Assembly: GCA_021613535.1 (NCBI GenBank)
Contig: CP075495.1
Span: 4,650,001-4,714,000 of the forward strand
DNA: 64,000 nucleotides
Reading direction: 5' to 3'
DNA from: Adineta vaga
Taxonomy: Eukaryota; Animalia; Rotifera
This document shows, piece after piece, positions 35,822 to 48,793 of this stretch. Every line of letters starts with the position of its first letter. The first letter of the stretch is position 1. The translations under genes and the position numbers were made by a program. The notes beneath the pieces are model-generated. The model worked only from the letters and a program-made list of their open reading frames with translations. It made no database searches and was not told where the DNA came from.

Positions 35822-36756
35822 ATGACGTCATCAGTAAATCTTTTAACGACAAATGAATTTAATAAATCATTAGATGAACTTTTAAATTTTGCTGATAGTC
35901 TAAAATTACGCGAGAACGAACTTGAACAACAACATAAATTAGAAATAGAAAAACTCAAAACGGAATATGATATTCAAGTTCAACTAGAGAAAAAACGTGT
36001 TGAACAACTTCAGGAAATCAATCGAACAATAATAGAACAAGTACAGCGTGAAGCACAAAAACAAATTGAAGGAAATCAAAAATATGATGTAATTATACAT
36101 TAAAAAAATACTTCAAAGTATTATATAGTGTAATAAATTCAACGTTTATGAATATTCTTATTTAGATTTTACATGCAAAATATAATTGTTTGGTTGAAGA
36201 ATGCAAACAAATCAAAGAGCAACATAATGAAAAGAGACAACGTATTGAAGAACTTGAGAAAATTGCTCGAATATTAAGTAATGACAAAGTCAAACTTGAT
36301 AATGAAATCAAAGAACTTAAATTTGATAATCAACGTTTACAAGATCAAATAAAAGAAGCATCATCTACAACAACAACAACAGCAGCAGCAGCATCTTCAT
36401 CACGTAACTAAATACGAAAAATAGAAAGAAATACGAATGTCTATTGAAAATCTTTCGTTCTAGCACGTGTATCAAATGAAATTATTGAATTAGTTGAAAA
36501 AGCAGTAACAGAAAATGGTGAATTAAAAAAATTATTAAGTGAACGTGATAATAGTATTCAAACGCTCAATGAACAGTTAGATAAAGTTCAAAGTGAAGAT
36601 CCACAAGTTGTTGAACAACGTCTTTTACAATTAGTTACAAAATTAAAAAATGATTTTCGTACAATGTATGAAAATCAATCAAATTTTTTCCTTCAAAAAA
36701 TTGATCTTCTCAAACAAGAACAACGTGATAATATAGCTAGTCTTTATAAACATTAA
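35822..36756 (+). CDS. Uncharacterised coiled-coil protein (3 exons)
   Basis: E/K/Q/L-rich heptad ORFs joined by short GT-AG introns; TAA at 36754-36756. Confidence 0.7.
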
Positions 36757-37353
36757 TACTTGTTGTTTTTTTGTATATATCTCAATGGATGTATATTTAT
36801 TACTGGAGCTTTCAGTAAAACATTTTCATATAGACAGATGACAAAGGTGAGGAAAAGAAATAGTTATTTTATTGTTCTCTCTTGTCTCTATTTCATACAA
36901 TATGATGTTTATAATAATGATGATCATTGTGAAAATGAAAAATTTTGTATGGAACTCGGATGTGTTATGTGTATCGTAAGAATATCAGGTAACAACATTT
37001 TGCTGATTTTTGTTTCACTTCGTCATAGATTGATTGTTATATACAACTAATATCTCTATCATACAATGAGCTGTTCTTACTTCATTTCGATCTATTTATC
37101 ACAATCATTCGATGTGTAAGAGCATGTTCATTCATTAATGTTTGACATCTACATGTGCTGCCGCTCCTCATGTTCGATTAGTCGATATAGACAGCCAGTG
37201 CTAAATGCTTTTCAACCGTTGTTGAATTGGGTTTTTTTCTTTTTCTGTCGTCGAAAAATATTTTAAAATGAGTCTTTTGGGATTTTTTAAATATAATAAT
37301 CTATAATAAATCATCTAAGAACAGTCTATGTCAATTTTTTGTATTAGATCGAT

Positions 37354-38710
37354 ATGTCATCTGTATCATTAGATCAATTTCGGCAAGATATCAAATTTAG
37401 AGAGATTTGTATCGGAAATATCAATAAACATACTGAACCTCATCGATTACTGTAAGTTTTCATATTGATTATTCAATAATTAAAACTAATTATCATTTTA
37501 AAGAGCTCATTTCGAACAATTCGGTAAAATTGTGCATTACAATTACACGTCACCAACAGGTGGATATGTTTTTATAACATATGAAAAATCCTCTATGGTC
37601 GACAATTGTATATCTGCTAGACCACATTATCTCGATAATCGACATTTGTAAAATGATCATAGATGTATATAGATATAATTTGATTTGACTTTCTATAGAT
37701 ATGTTAAACGTGCTTTACCTATTGACGATGATCATCCTCGAGAACGATATGAAACCTCGCGTGATCTAATGATTGTGATCCATTCTGATGATGAAGTTTA
37801 CAAGCAACCAGAATTTTTACTTGAACTACGCGAATATTTTTCTTCGTATGGACGTCTTTATGCTTGTAAATATTGTCATGAAGAAAATTTTGATTATATT
37901 CTTGTCGAATTTAGTGATAAAGGTGAATGAGAAGAATTATTTTCTAATTCTTATGAAAACCTTTCATATCTTATTTAGATTCTATTGATAAAATTATACT
38001 TGATAAACCACATCGTTATAATGATCTTGAACTTGATGTAATGAAATACATAGAGTCAAATATTGAGCTGATGAACAAGAAATATGCTTTCAAAAAGCAA
38101 GCATCATCAACAATAAAAGATGCTATTGATGATGATAATTGTCATTCAATAAAATCTTCCAAATTAAATTCATCAAAGAAAGAACCAATTAAGGAAGTTG
38201 ATCTTCAAAATGAAGTCTATCGTCTTCAAAATGTCTTGAAAAATATGAATGAAGAGTTTGATATTAAACGAAAAAAATTAGAAGAAGATTGTTGTCAAGA
38301 ATTAAAACAATTGAATGAAAATACAACAAATACTCAACAATTACAACAAGATCTTGCGCAAGGTAAAGATAATTCAATAAAGGATTCCTTTCCTTCGATT
38401 TCAATCATTGAACTATATTAATGATGATCTGTTTGTTTTTTTTCTTCTAGAACATGCTCAATTATTACTCAAATATGAATCACTGAAACAAGAAAACGAT
38501 ATACTTAATGAGCAATACTTAAGTGTTGAATTAGAAAACTTTGAAATAACATCGTATTATGAACAGATTCTCGTTGAAGAAAAAGCTAAAACAGCACAAC
38601 TCGAAGCTGAATATACTAAAAAATTACAAGAATCGGATACAAATCATTCTCTTCCATGTTCATCATCATCATCATCATCAACACAATCAAATAGATTTAA
38701 CGCTAATTAA
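37354..38710 (+). CDS. Two degenerate hnRNP-A-like RRMs plus C-terminal coiled coil (multi-exon)
   Basis: ICIGNI, HFEQFGKI, GGYVFITYE, RPHYLDNRHLYVKRALP; second RRM LREYFSSYG..YILVEF..KPHRYNDLELDV; coiled coil follows. Confidence 0.75.
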
Positions 38711-38865
38711 ATTTTACTTTTGTTATTTTTTCGCATTTTGTTTAACAGGTGCGACAGTTTTGGTTAGAAAAGTCTAAATAAAAAACAAATAATTTATTAA
38801 ATATTCATAGGAAAATGATTTTTTTGTCTTCTCCGTTATTTATTTTTCTAGATATTTCCTCAAGA

Positions 38866-40096
38866 ATGACCGATGATGATGATCGATTAATATTCATTAA
38901 AAATATTCCATATGATATTGAAGAAGATGCTTTATCTAAATGGTGTGTTTCATTTGGTCCAATAACGAAATGTTCGTTAAAACGTGATAAATTTGGACAT
39001 TCACGTGGTTTTGCTTTTGTTTCATTTGCAACAACGGATGGTTATAATAATATATGTAAGGAAAACCAAGATTTTATATGTATTTTTAACGAATTAACTA
39101 CAGTTTGAAACAAAAATACAAATTCTATATCCTTGCTGCTTTTGTTACCGCATTCCAACCTAGGAAATAAATAGATCATATTAATAGAGATAAGTCGATC
39201 AAATTGAAATATTGAGTATGTTTTCTTTTTATATCTTTTGTTGAAGGTCCTTGTTACTACTCATAGTAAGTGCTCACTGTCTTCATGTATAGCTAAATCG
39301 AATATTTCTGAAATGGAAAGAATGTATCCATATAGAACGTTTCTTTGTTCATTCAATATAGATAATTGTCTGATAGTAAAAACTAGAAGAAACTTTTAGT
39401 ATAAGATTGAATACTAAAAGAACATCGAGATGCGATTCATATGTCGCAACTTTTATGAGACTTGAAACGTCAATGATGAATCAAATTCTAGAAAGATTTA
39501 ATAGTCAGTATAATTGTAATGTATAGAATCAATGAAGCTCTTTCGATCTTAACGTCTAGTTTAAACATATTTGCTTTGTATTTTTAGTATCCAAAGGTCC
39601 ACATTATTGTCAAAATCGTTCTCTAACAGTTAGACCAGCAAATGATCAAAAGAATTCTACTGATCAACTGTCATATTCATCTTCAGATCAAATATCTCAA
39701 ACGACATCTTTTATTTCTACTACAGATAATTATAATTCTAGGACAACTGAAAATAATTCAACATTTGATGATGACGCTCATCATCATCTAGCAACATTAC
39801 GTGACGAATTAGAAGCTAATCTTGAATGTCTTGAAATAGCACATGAACATGAAGTCAAAATTTTACAAGAAAAACTTGTAAAAGAAAAAAAACTTTATCA
39901 AGATGCTCTTGAATTATATAAAGAAGTGGAAGAAAATCTGTTGAAAACTCAAGAGGATAATATTCGAATTCGAACATCTTTAGTAAAAAATGTCATGCAA
40001 ACATTCAATATTCGACGAAATTTAGCTCGTCAAACTAAAGAACAATTAAAAAAATGTGCTCAAATTGAAAAACAATGTGATGAGATTAAAAAATAA
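38866..40096 (+). CDS. RRM plus coiled-coil protein (2 exons, ~530-nt intron)
   Basis: RNP2 IFIKNIP and RNP1 RGFAFVSF; exon 2 from about 39589 (SKGPHYCQNRSLTVRPA), Ser-rich linker, coiled coil ending EIKK-stop. Confidence 0.75.
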
Positions 40097-42626
40097 ACAA
40101 TAACTTCAATCAAAAAATTTGTGATATAGAATTTTCTTTTCTTTTCTTTTTTTATATTGACGAAATCTAATCGTCTTGTGTTTATTCGTTCGTTTTCTTT
40201 CGAAACCTTCTGATAAATGAAGAACAGATGCCAGTGATAATTACTGGAATATTCACTAATAAGAATTTATCGATTCTTCTCTCAGATTTGATTGCATATA
40301 TGTCTATAATTGATCTCTATCAGCTACTTGTGGATCTTAACATTTTTGGTAATGTCAACGTTATGTTATCGTTGGCAAAACCTCGATAAACAGCTAATAT
40401 TGACTTATAGTTTCTATTTCTATTTCTAAGAAACACATAATTAATTATTAAAATTCTCAACAAATAGTTACTTATAGAAGTGAGAACGTCGAATAAAAGT
40501 CAACCAAATCTAATGAGAAAATATTTCAAAAAATCTTTTGCTTTTTCTTCATTGACTTTACGTGAGTAATTTTGACATAGATTCTATTCAGTTAGTTCTT
40601 TCAATCTATTAGGAATACTTAGTGAAAGATTAGATCGATAAATAAACATATTGCTATAGAAATATTTTACTAATATTCCCGATGAGTAATACTCGAAGAA
40701 AATAGTTCTCTCAGGAGATCTGGATAAAATAATTATGAATCTTTCTGTGTCTTTTTCCATTCATAATAAGCAAGAACAGCTGCATAGTATTATTAGAAAA
40801 AGATTTACCATTGAACTTTTCATTCAAAAAAGTTTGTTCTTGTTCTATAATTAATCAGTAAATTATTCCGTGTCGGAATGATCGATATATGAACTAGACT
40901 TTTCTTATGAGAAAAACATATCGATTTCACTTTCTTTTTCTAAGATCGGAAGATCATATTTCCTTGCTTTAACATTACATCGAAAAGAATAAGTCATGAA
41001 CATTTAAGTGTATATGAAATATTTAATTAAAATAAGTGCCTTGAAACATAGACGATTCTTTTTTTCTCCCACTTTCTTTATTTTTTCACTTATACATTCT
41101 GGCATTTTGACATGATATGTTTTCTTTCGTGAATAAATACAAATATAGACAATAGTTGATTATAATAGATTTGGTCAAATATGGCACGATAAGTAAGTTG
41201 AAAATACAACGATATTTCACCTAGTCATCGTAGGTTAATTGTTTTGGATGATTAAAAATCGTTGACTGTAAATCTATTCTTGTTCTATTCTTATCTTCTT
41301 ACTATTTTCTATTCAACCAATCATATAAGAAGTATTCTTTTAATTATAGTTTTCAAGGAACACAACAAACTCTCTATTCATATCCAAGTAATTTGTAAAA
41401 TATATTTTCATCCAAAAAGTACTTATGTCTTTTTTTAAATAATTTTCCGAAGAAACTATTTCAGTAGTTTATATTCGGTTGACTAAATCTTTTCATAGAT
41501 AGTTTCTATACATTCACTATAAGATCACTCTATCTGTATTAGTTAGTAGAGAACCTTCTTCACCAAGGAAAATCTTATTTTGTTATTCATTCAAACACCC
41601 ATCATATTGACAAAAGAAAGAAGAGGAAGAAGAAACAAAAAACTGTTAACAAACAACATCCTATGAATCGTTTCATTCGAAGATAATATTCTGAAAATTT
41701 GATAAATAAAAAACAATCAAACTCCTGGATTTTCTCCAGTAAGATCGAGTTAGAAAAATAAATAAATATACAAAATCTTTCGTTTATTTTCCCTCTGATC
41801 ATCTTTGTAAATAAACCCTGAAAATATATGTCAATATCTTTTTGTTTGTCATCTCAATTCCATTAATGCACTTCTAATGTCTTCGTGTTCTTTTTATATA
41901 TATATTATAAGATGTATTTGACGTAAAACATATATGCTTATGTTCTTCTTCTTCTTATTATTATTTCTTCCTTTAGAATTCTTAGAAAAGCATGAAAAAT
42001 GAGTTCATCATATTGCAGATTTTGTATGAAATATTTGACTAGAACTAATCAAGTAAGTTCTTCTTCTTCTTCTTACAATTAATCTTGGGAAACAAAAAGT
42101 CTAATGTATAGAAAAATAACTAAATAAAACACTTATGAAAATAGACATTTTCTCAGTGGAATTTCATAATATGAACGTGATCTGAACTAACAAAGAGATA
42201 TTCACTTTTAATTTTTTAATTATCGAACTATGATCAACAGTCTTTTCTTCTTCTTCTTCTTCTTTCTTTCTTTTTTATGTATGCAAGCATGTTTTCAGTG
42301 AAACTCAAGAGTATTGGAAGATAGAGAAACAAGAAACAAAAGGCGAGGAGAAGAAGAGATAGAAAAAAAGAACGAGAAACATGGAAAGACAAGAAATGAA
42401 GAGAAAAAAAACGGAATGAAAACTAGTTAACGATCATTGAGAATGCCCATACGTCTAATCGATCACCTAATTATTTTTACAATTATATTTTTGATTTCGT
42501 TTTCCTTTTTTCTTAGCAAAAGTTTTTATACTTTTATTGGATTATAAAAATAATTAGTCTTTTGAATAAGAAAAAGGGAAGAGAAAACATAATTTTCTCA
42601 TTTAGTTTTTTTCTTTGACTTTTCTT

Positions 42627-42657
42627 TCTTCTTCTTCTTCTTCTTCTTCTTCTTCTT
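42627..42657 (+). repeat. (TTC)n microsatellite
   Basis: About 10 tandem TTC units; shorter TTC runs also near 41943, 42058 and 42245. Confidence 0.8.
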
Positions 42658-44976
42658 TCCCTAGTTTGATCCTAAAAAAATGAATGTGATGATTCCATAA
42701 GCAAGAATAGAGAGATCAAAGAAAACTGAAGAATGTGTACTTCACAGCGAAGATAAAATATTTGATCCTGTCAAAAAACTACGTCAATATTTGACGATTA
42801 TCGATTATACAGTCGTATACCAAATTTATCCTAAATAATAACAAAATTAGTAACTCTCACAAAGAGAATGACGATTGTTTTTTAAACATTGCATCTTGGT
42901 TATTGAAATGTTCGCATCACCTATTTCTTTAATAGTGTTATTATTATCAATTAACAATTTGTATATGAATTGATTAAAGGTCAGTATATTTTCAAATCTA
43001 AACTTAAAAAAGAAACAGGATACACATATCATATTGACATTGAAGGTCAACTTAAGTCTTATTCTAAAGAAAAGCAACACTTTTCGAGTGTTGAGTTTGT
43101 TCTTTCAAGGACATAGGAACAAAGGGGAGAAAATTCAATTTGACGTTTGTTTTATATTAAGTAAGTATTAATGATAAGATTTAACATTGATAAAATAAAA
43201 CATCAGAAACCATTGCGTGTTTGAATAGTAGTGAAGATTAATGGGCATGATAAAACATTCCTAATCTGATTATTTTGTGTATATTCAATCATTTCTTTTG
43301 TAATAAGATATTGAATGAGAATAGACAAAACAATTGCATATGACAGGAACCAAAGCATAAGATATATTATTTCTTTTCTTATTTGTAATCTAATTTTCAA
43401 ATTTAAATTCATCTCAAATAACAACTTTTTTTTATCTATTTGTATAAATTTAATTTCAAACAGAATCGTTTTCTTCAGACTTAATAACTAATGATTTAAT
43501 CACTAAACAGGAAAGGATAATAACAACTCATTATTGTTAAATGATAAATGAGTATATATGTATTGTGAAATATAGCTTGTTCTTCTCGCTAGACACGCAA
43601 TTGTAATAAAGTACAATAAAAGAAGAAATATGATTAAGCTATTCATATAATTTAGTAATAGACTGCATTCGGCGTTATTATTCAATGAAAAAAGAAAACG
43701 AGTAGTGACTAGAAGGCTTGTCAATTCATAAAGTACTTCTTGTGTTTATCGCATTAATTTTCTCTTTCTATTTTTTTTCTCTTGTTACTTTATTCGATCG
43801 GAAGTCGTTAAATATCGTTAAAAATCCTAGAAAATACAAAAGTGTGCGTGATATTACCAAGGTGCTTGCATTTTTACCATGCGAGTATCAAGAACACATA
43901 TATGTTTTAATCATATTAGGAAATGTTAATACTATAACGATAGGGAATTAAAAGCAATCCATTAATAGTTGATTCCAATGAAAGTAAACGAACTTAGTAG
44001 TTTTATGTTTGAAATGATTATTAAATAATGTTAGATTCCAGGTCTCAGCGACACAAGATATATAGAGTAAAATAAGTCAACTGTTTGTTTTTCTCCTATA
44101 GATAAGTTTCGAAGAATTACTTTTATTCCAGTTCAAAAGGAACATCATTATTGTTTTGACAATGGATTACTCATTCTAAATAGTTACATCCACATAAGAT
44201 GCTTTTTTTATGCATGTGTACAAATATTTTTCACCATTTGCCACAGATGTCTTTGTCTGTTATCATGCTGATGATATAATCAGTTGATAGAAATGTTATT
44301 TACTTAAATAAAGCTTTCGCTTTTACTCATTAGACATATTGCCGTTCGATTCACAAATGATTTCAAAGAAAATACTCTGTTAGAATATCTGTCTTCCTCT
44401 CTCTCTCGCTCTCAATTATAATAATGTCTCTTTTTTTCTTTTTTTTGTTTCCCTTGGACATTGACAGAAGGAAAGTAATCAGTTAATTTGTTATTGTATA
44501 TCTGCCTATTTAATTACATATTGCAAATTAATTGAACAAAAATGTGTTGACATTCGATTATCATTAACAATAGATGAATAAAATGAAATAAAACAATTAT
44601 AAATATAAGTGTGTTATATATACGTGAGATACATAATTCATCCGATTATAATAATAGAAAATCGTCAATTGTCATAAAACATAGAACAGAAACAAAAGAT
44701 TTGTCGATAATTAGTTACAAAAAAAAATCATGTTGTCATTTGCCTGAAGCAAAAGAAAAAGTCAGGTTATTGTTATTTTTTTTTATCGAGTAGTTTCGCG
44801 TATAAAACCATCCTACAAGCTTCGTTTTTCCTTTCAGATGAGAATTAAATCAAATAGATTGGACTATATATCGATATAAACATAAACTTGTATGCATGCT
44901 GCTTGATTGTATTCTAGACCATCGTCTTTCAAGTCTTCCTTTTTCTTAATATCTTAAATATTCAATTTAAATCAAT

Positions 44977-47205
44977 ATGTCGACTGGAGGATCAGTTGTT
45001 AAAGTACATTGTTTACCATTTCGAGAATATTTTTCCGTCGATAATATTAAATCAACTCTGCGTGGTTTTGTTTATGAATATGAAACACCAAAAATTGTTA
45101 CGATTCATTCTATTTCAAGTAAGTTTTTAAAGAAAGTTCGTTGGTTTCATTTATTTCTCTCTTCTCTAGTCGCATTAATGTGTCGATTAATTCAATTACT
45201 TATTTTAATCTATGGAATTGCATATTTAATGATCCATAAGAAAGGTTATCAAGAAACTGATACATCAATTATTTCATCGATTACATTGAAAGTTAAAGTA
45301 AACGAAGAATAACATATTCATCAAAATCAATATCTCTGTATTTTTCTCTTTTACTCACTCACTAGGGTATTGGTTATAATCAAACAAGTGACAATCATAC
45401 ATTAGTTATTGATGGTGCCGGTAAGTAGAGAACAAGAAAAGTTAACTTAATCATTTTGATTTGGTTTGATTACAGATTATATTGTACCACCACAAGAAAA
45501 TAATGCTCTATTTTTAATGACAAATTTTATTCGAACTGATCAAGAACATAAACGATGTGCTGGTAAAAATTGATGAAGATTTCAAAATCAATTTATTGAA
45601 AATCTTTCTTTGATTTTTGTTTTGTAGAATCTGCTTTTGAAAATGATAAGAAAACGGCATGTACAACTGATACTGATTGTCGAAAGAATGAAAATTTTCA
45701 ACAAGTAAATTTTGTTTTGTTTTCATTTTTAGTTTTAATTCGATTGTTTTTATTTAGGCTAATGGCAAATGGACTGGTAAATATAAATGATAGATCTAAG
45801 CATTAAATGAGAATTATTTCGCTTTTATAAATAGGTCGTTGTTTAACGAGGAGAAATTCGAGTATTGTTGGTAGATGTGAATTAGAAGGTTGGTGTCCTG
45901 TGGAAAATGATGTCAATATACCAAATCCAATTCGTGATGCGTTAAATTTTACAATATTTGTCAAGAATTTTATTGAATTTCCACGTTTTAAAGTTATTCG
46001 AAAGAATATTCAATTTGATGCTGAATATTTGAAAAAATGTAAATACGATCCAGATAATCATAAAATATGTCCTATACTTCGTGTTGGAACATTACTTGAT
46101 ATTGTTGAACAAAATCCCGAAGAACAAATGCGAATGTTAAAATTAGGTGGTGTTATACGTGTTAAAATCGATTGGAATTGTAATTTAGATAAACCATTAA
46201 ATTTATGTTTACCTGAATATTCATTCAAACGATTAGATGCAACGTTTAATGAATCGAAATTTTCCTATGGATTTAATTTTCGGTATGAAATTATTTTCAT
46301 TGAATAAAAGACAAAGAAAATTTTTCATCGATATCTCTTTAGATTTGCATCACATTGGAAATATCAAAATCGATCATATCGAACATTAACAAAAGCGTAT
46401 GGTCTTCGTTTTATTATATCTGTAAGTTATGAATCTAGGAGAATAAACAATGCATATGTTGTCTTTTGTCATGTAGGTTAGTGGTCATGCTGGTAAATTT
46501 GATCTGATAACACTAACATTGAATATCGGTTCTTTAATTGGTATTCTTGGTTTAGCAACATTTATCTGTGACATTGTTGCCTTATATGTACATCGACAAT
46601 CGGATGTATATCGTCAACAAAAATTTCAAGATGTCGATTTAAATCTTTTACAATTAGAAACATTAAATAATCTTCCATTGAATATGATGAGTGATGATGC
46701 GAAAGAAAAACATGCGAATCATGTTGAACAAGCCATATTAACCGGACATATTATTGACAAAAACGAATCTTTATCCCATATAGAAAGTCCATATAAAGAA
46801 AAATTTCGACGAAATAGCTTAACCAATCAAGATGTTTATGATGATATATCATCAACATCGAAAAGTACCAATCAACAATCAACACCCATGTTAATCTATG
46901 GTACTTATCATCAACAAAAAGTTGGTTTAACAAATTCAATTACTGATAGTCCATTATCATTATCATCCGTTAAACAACGACGTACTCTGACGAATCGACC
47001 ATCACAATTACGATTTTTTTCAAATGATAAAACTCAATTGTATGATAAAACAAATATTGTTTATGTTGATGATGATACACCAGATATCAATGATAGAAAT
47101 GAAACAAATCAATTAGCTGAAGAGAGAAATCATTTAAATACTAATATATCACCAAATCGTGAATATACAAATCGAATATCACCTAAAATTGAAACTTATT
47201 TATAA
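44977..47205 (+). CDS. P2RX: P2X purinoceptor (ATP-gated cation channel), multi-exon
   Basis: YEYETPKIV, TM1, KGYQE, LKVKG, DYIVPPQENNALFLMTN, CELEGWCPVE, NFTIFVKNFIEFP, CPILRVG, WNCNLD, GFNFRFA, RTLTKAYGLRF, GKFD, TM2 IGSLIGILGLATFICD, YRQQK. ATP-binding Lys/Asn/Arg positions are intact. Confidence 0.93.
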
Positions 47206-47909
47206 ATATATGTGTATATCGATGAAGAGCTTTTTGTTTTGGACAACCAGTTATCATTTTTTTGTTTGTGATTGAAAAAGAATTTCAAAACATAAAACAG
47301 TAATTTGAACCTAATCACACACGATTCATTTTCTGTAATAAATGTTCTTCTACAATTGTTTTCCTAGTCAAAATATAGAATAAACTAAATTCATTTAATA
47401 CAAATCATTTCATCATTATCAATGAGGTCAAATCTATTCGAGAAAGTTCCTCTTTTTTTCTGCATTTGTAAGAAACAATAGTTTGAACAACTCATTTATA
47501 TTTGTATATTCAATTGTCATAGTCACGTAAGTATAAAGACAATATTTCATACTGCGAGATCATCAAGGACGAAAGATTTATTATAGTTTTCCATCATCTC
47601 TTTCTATTTTATCGATCGATCTATCACAATAAAAGCAGATGGAAGATTACCAGTACATTATATTAATGAATAAGAGCACGTAGAACTTCGATACATTAAC
47701 AAATAAAGATACTAATTATTAGAAGGATGCATGATATCAAATGTTATTCTATGGTTTGAATGCATCTGGACAATATAAATAATATGGCTTCTACTATAAC
47801 AGATAATGAGAGTAATCTCAAGACTAAATTCTCGATTTCTTTTTATTTTGTAATATAAAAACAAATGATAAATGAATAAACTAGTATCACACAAAAATAT
47901 GTAGATCAA

Positions 47910-48515
47910 TTAATTTCTTTTGTCGTTAATTTTCGGATAGGATATACCAAGTCGATTACTTAACATATGTACGGTTTTTTCATATTCTCGATTGAGATTA
48001 TTTGCTTGTTGTAATGCATATTTTAAATCTTCAATTTCTTCGAAAAAATTTCCATCAAGTGCACTGACTTCTTTTTTCATACGTTCATATCGTTCTTCAA
48101 ATTTTTCCATACGTTTTTGAGCGGAAAGTGCGCGTTTGTCGGCTTGTTCTTTTTCTTTTTCACATTGAATTAAACGGCGTTCATATTCATTGATACGATT
48201 TGATGGAGGTGAATTTCGTTGTTCATGAATCGTTTCATTTTCATATTTTTTCAATAAATCATTTTGAGCTTTTAAAAGACGATGTAAACGCATATGTTCG
48301 TCGGATAAATCTTTTCCTACGGAAGGATTTGAACGTGGTTGAGCAATAATATCTGTTTGACATGATATCGAACATGAACGAAGATGATCGTGATCTTTTG
48401 TTGCAATTTGTTTCTCTAAATAATGGATATGTCGTTTTAAATCAGCTATTTTCTTTTTTAATCGTTCATTTTCATGATTTAAAAAAGCACACATGTGAAT
48501 CGGTGGCATATCCAT
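47910..48515 (-). CDS. Small coiled-coil protein with CEP290-like C-terminal motif, intronless
   Basis: Coiled coil ending KKEVSALDGNFFEEIEDLKYALQQ...LSNRLGI, resembling the CEP290 C-terminus (FFEEIEDLKY). First in-frame ATG at 48515. Confidence 0.7.
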   Translation of the reverse strand: MDMPPIHMCAFLNHENERLKKKIADLKRHIHYLEKQIATKDHDHLRSCSISCQTDIIAQPRSNPSVGKDLSDEHMRLHRLLKAQNDLLKKYENETIHEQRNSPPSNRINEYERRLIQCEKEKEQADKRALSAQKRMEKFEERYERMKKEVSALDGNFFEEIEDLKYALQQANNLNREYEKTVHMLSNRLGISYPKINDKRN

Positions 48516-48610
48516 TATCAATGATATTCATATCTGAAGAGAAAAAAAGTTAATAACTAAGTTATTTTATTCCCGTTCCAAGAAATACTACAACTAGAAA
48601 TTTTATTTTA

Positions 48611-48629
48611 ACACACACACACACACACA
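48611..48629 (+). repeat. (AC)n microsatellite
   Basis: About 9 AC units in the C2CD3 3' UTR region. Confidence 0.8.
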
Positions 48630-48793
48630 GTTATCTGAACTTGAAAAAATATAAATATAAAAAACAAAAACTTCTATAAAACAAAGGTATGAATGGGATT
48701 AATTATAGAGAAAAAAAAACACGATTTAGTGATTTTGTATTGTTCTTAATTGATATGTCGGAAGTACATGATCGTTGAATTGATGATGATTAT

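Noticed and set aside
38657-38851. Possible intron fusing the two RRM genes
   Set aside because: Only a weak GTTCAT donor precedes the stop; a stop, AATAAA and a new ATG favour two genes. Not fully excluded.
40865-40897. Hairpin ATTCCG-TGT-CGGAAT followed by CTAG (Helitron-like 3' end); TCCGTGTCGGAA also near 266
   Set aside because: Stem is only 6 bp, CTAG is followed by A rather than T, and no 5' end or further shared sequence was seen.
41602-44793. 60-77 aa hydrophobic ORFs in the P2X upstream gap
   Set aside because: F/I/L/K-rich products expected from AT-rich non-coding DNA; mostly non-ATG starts; no motifs.
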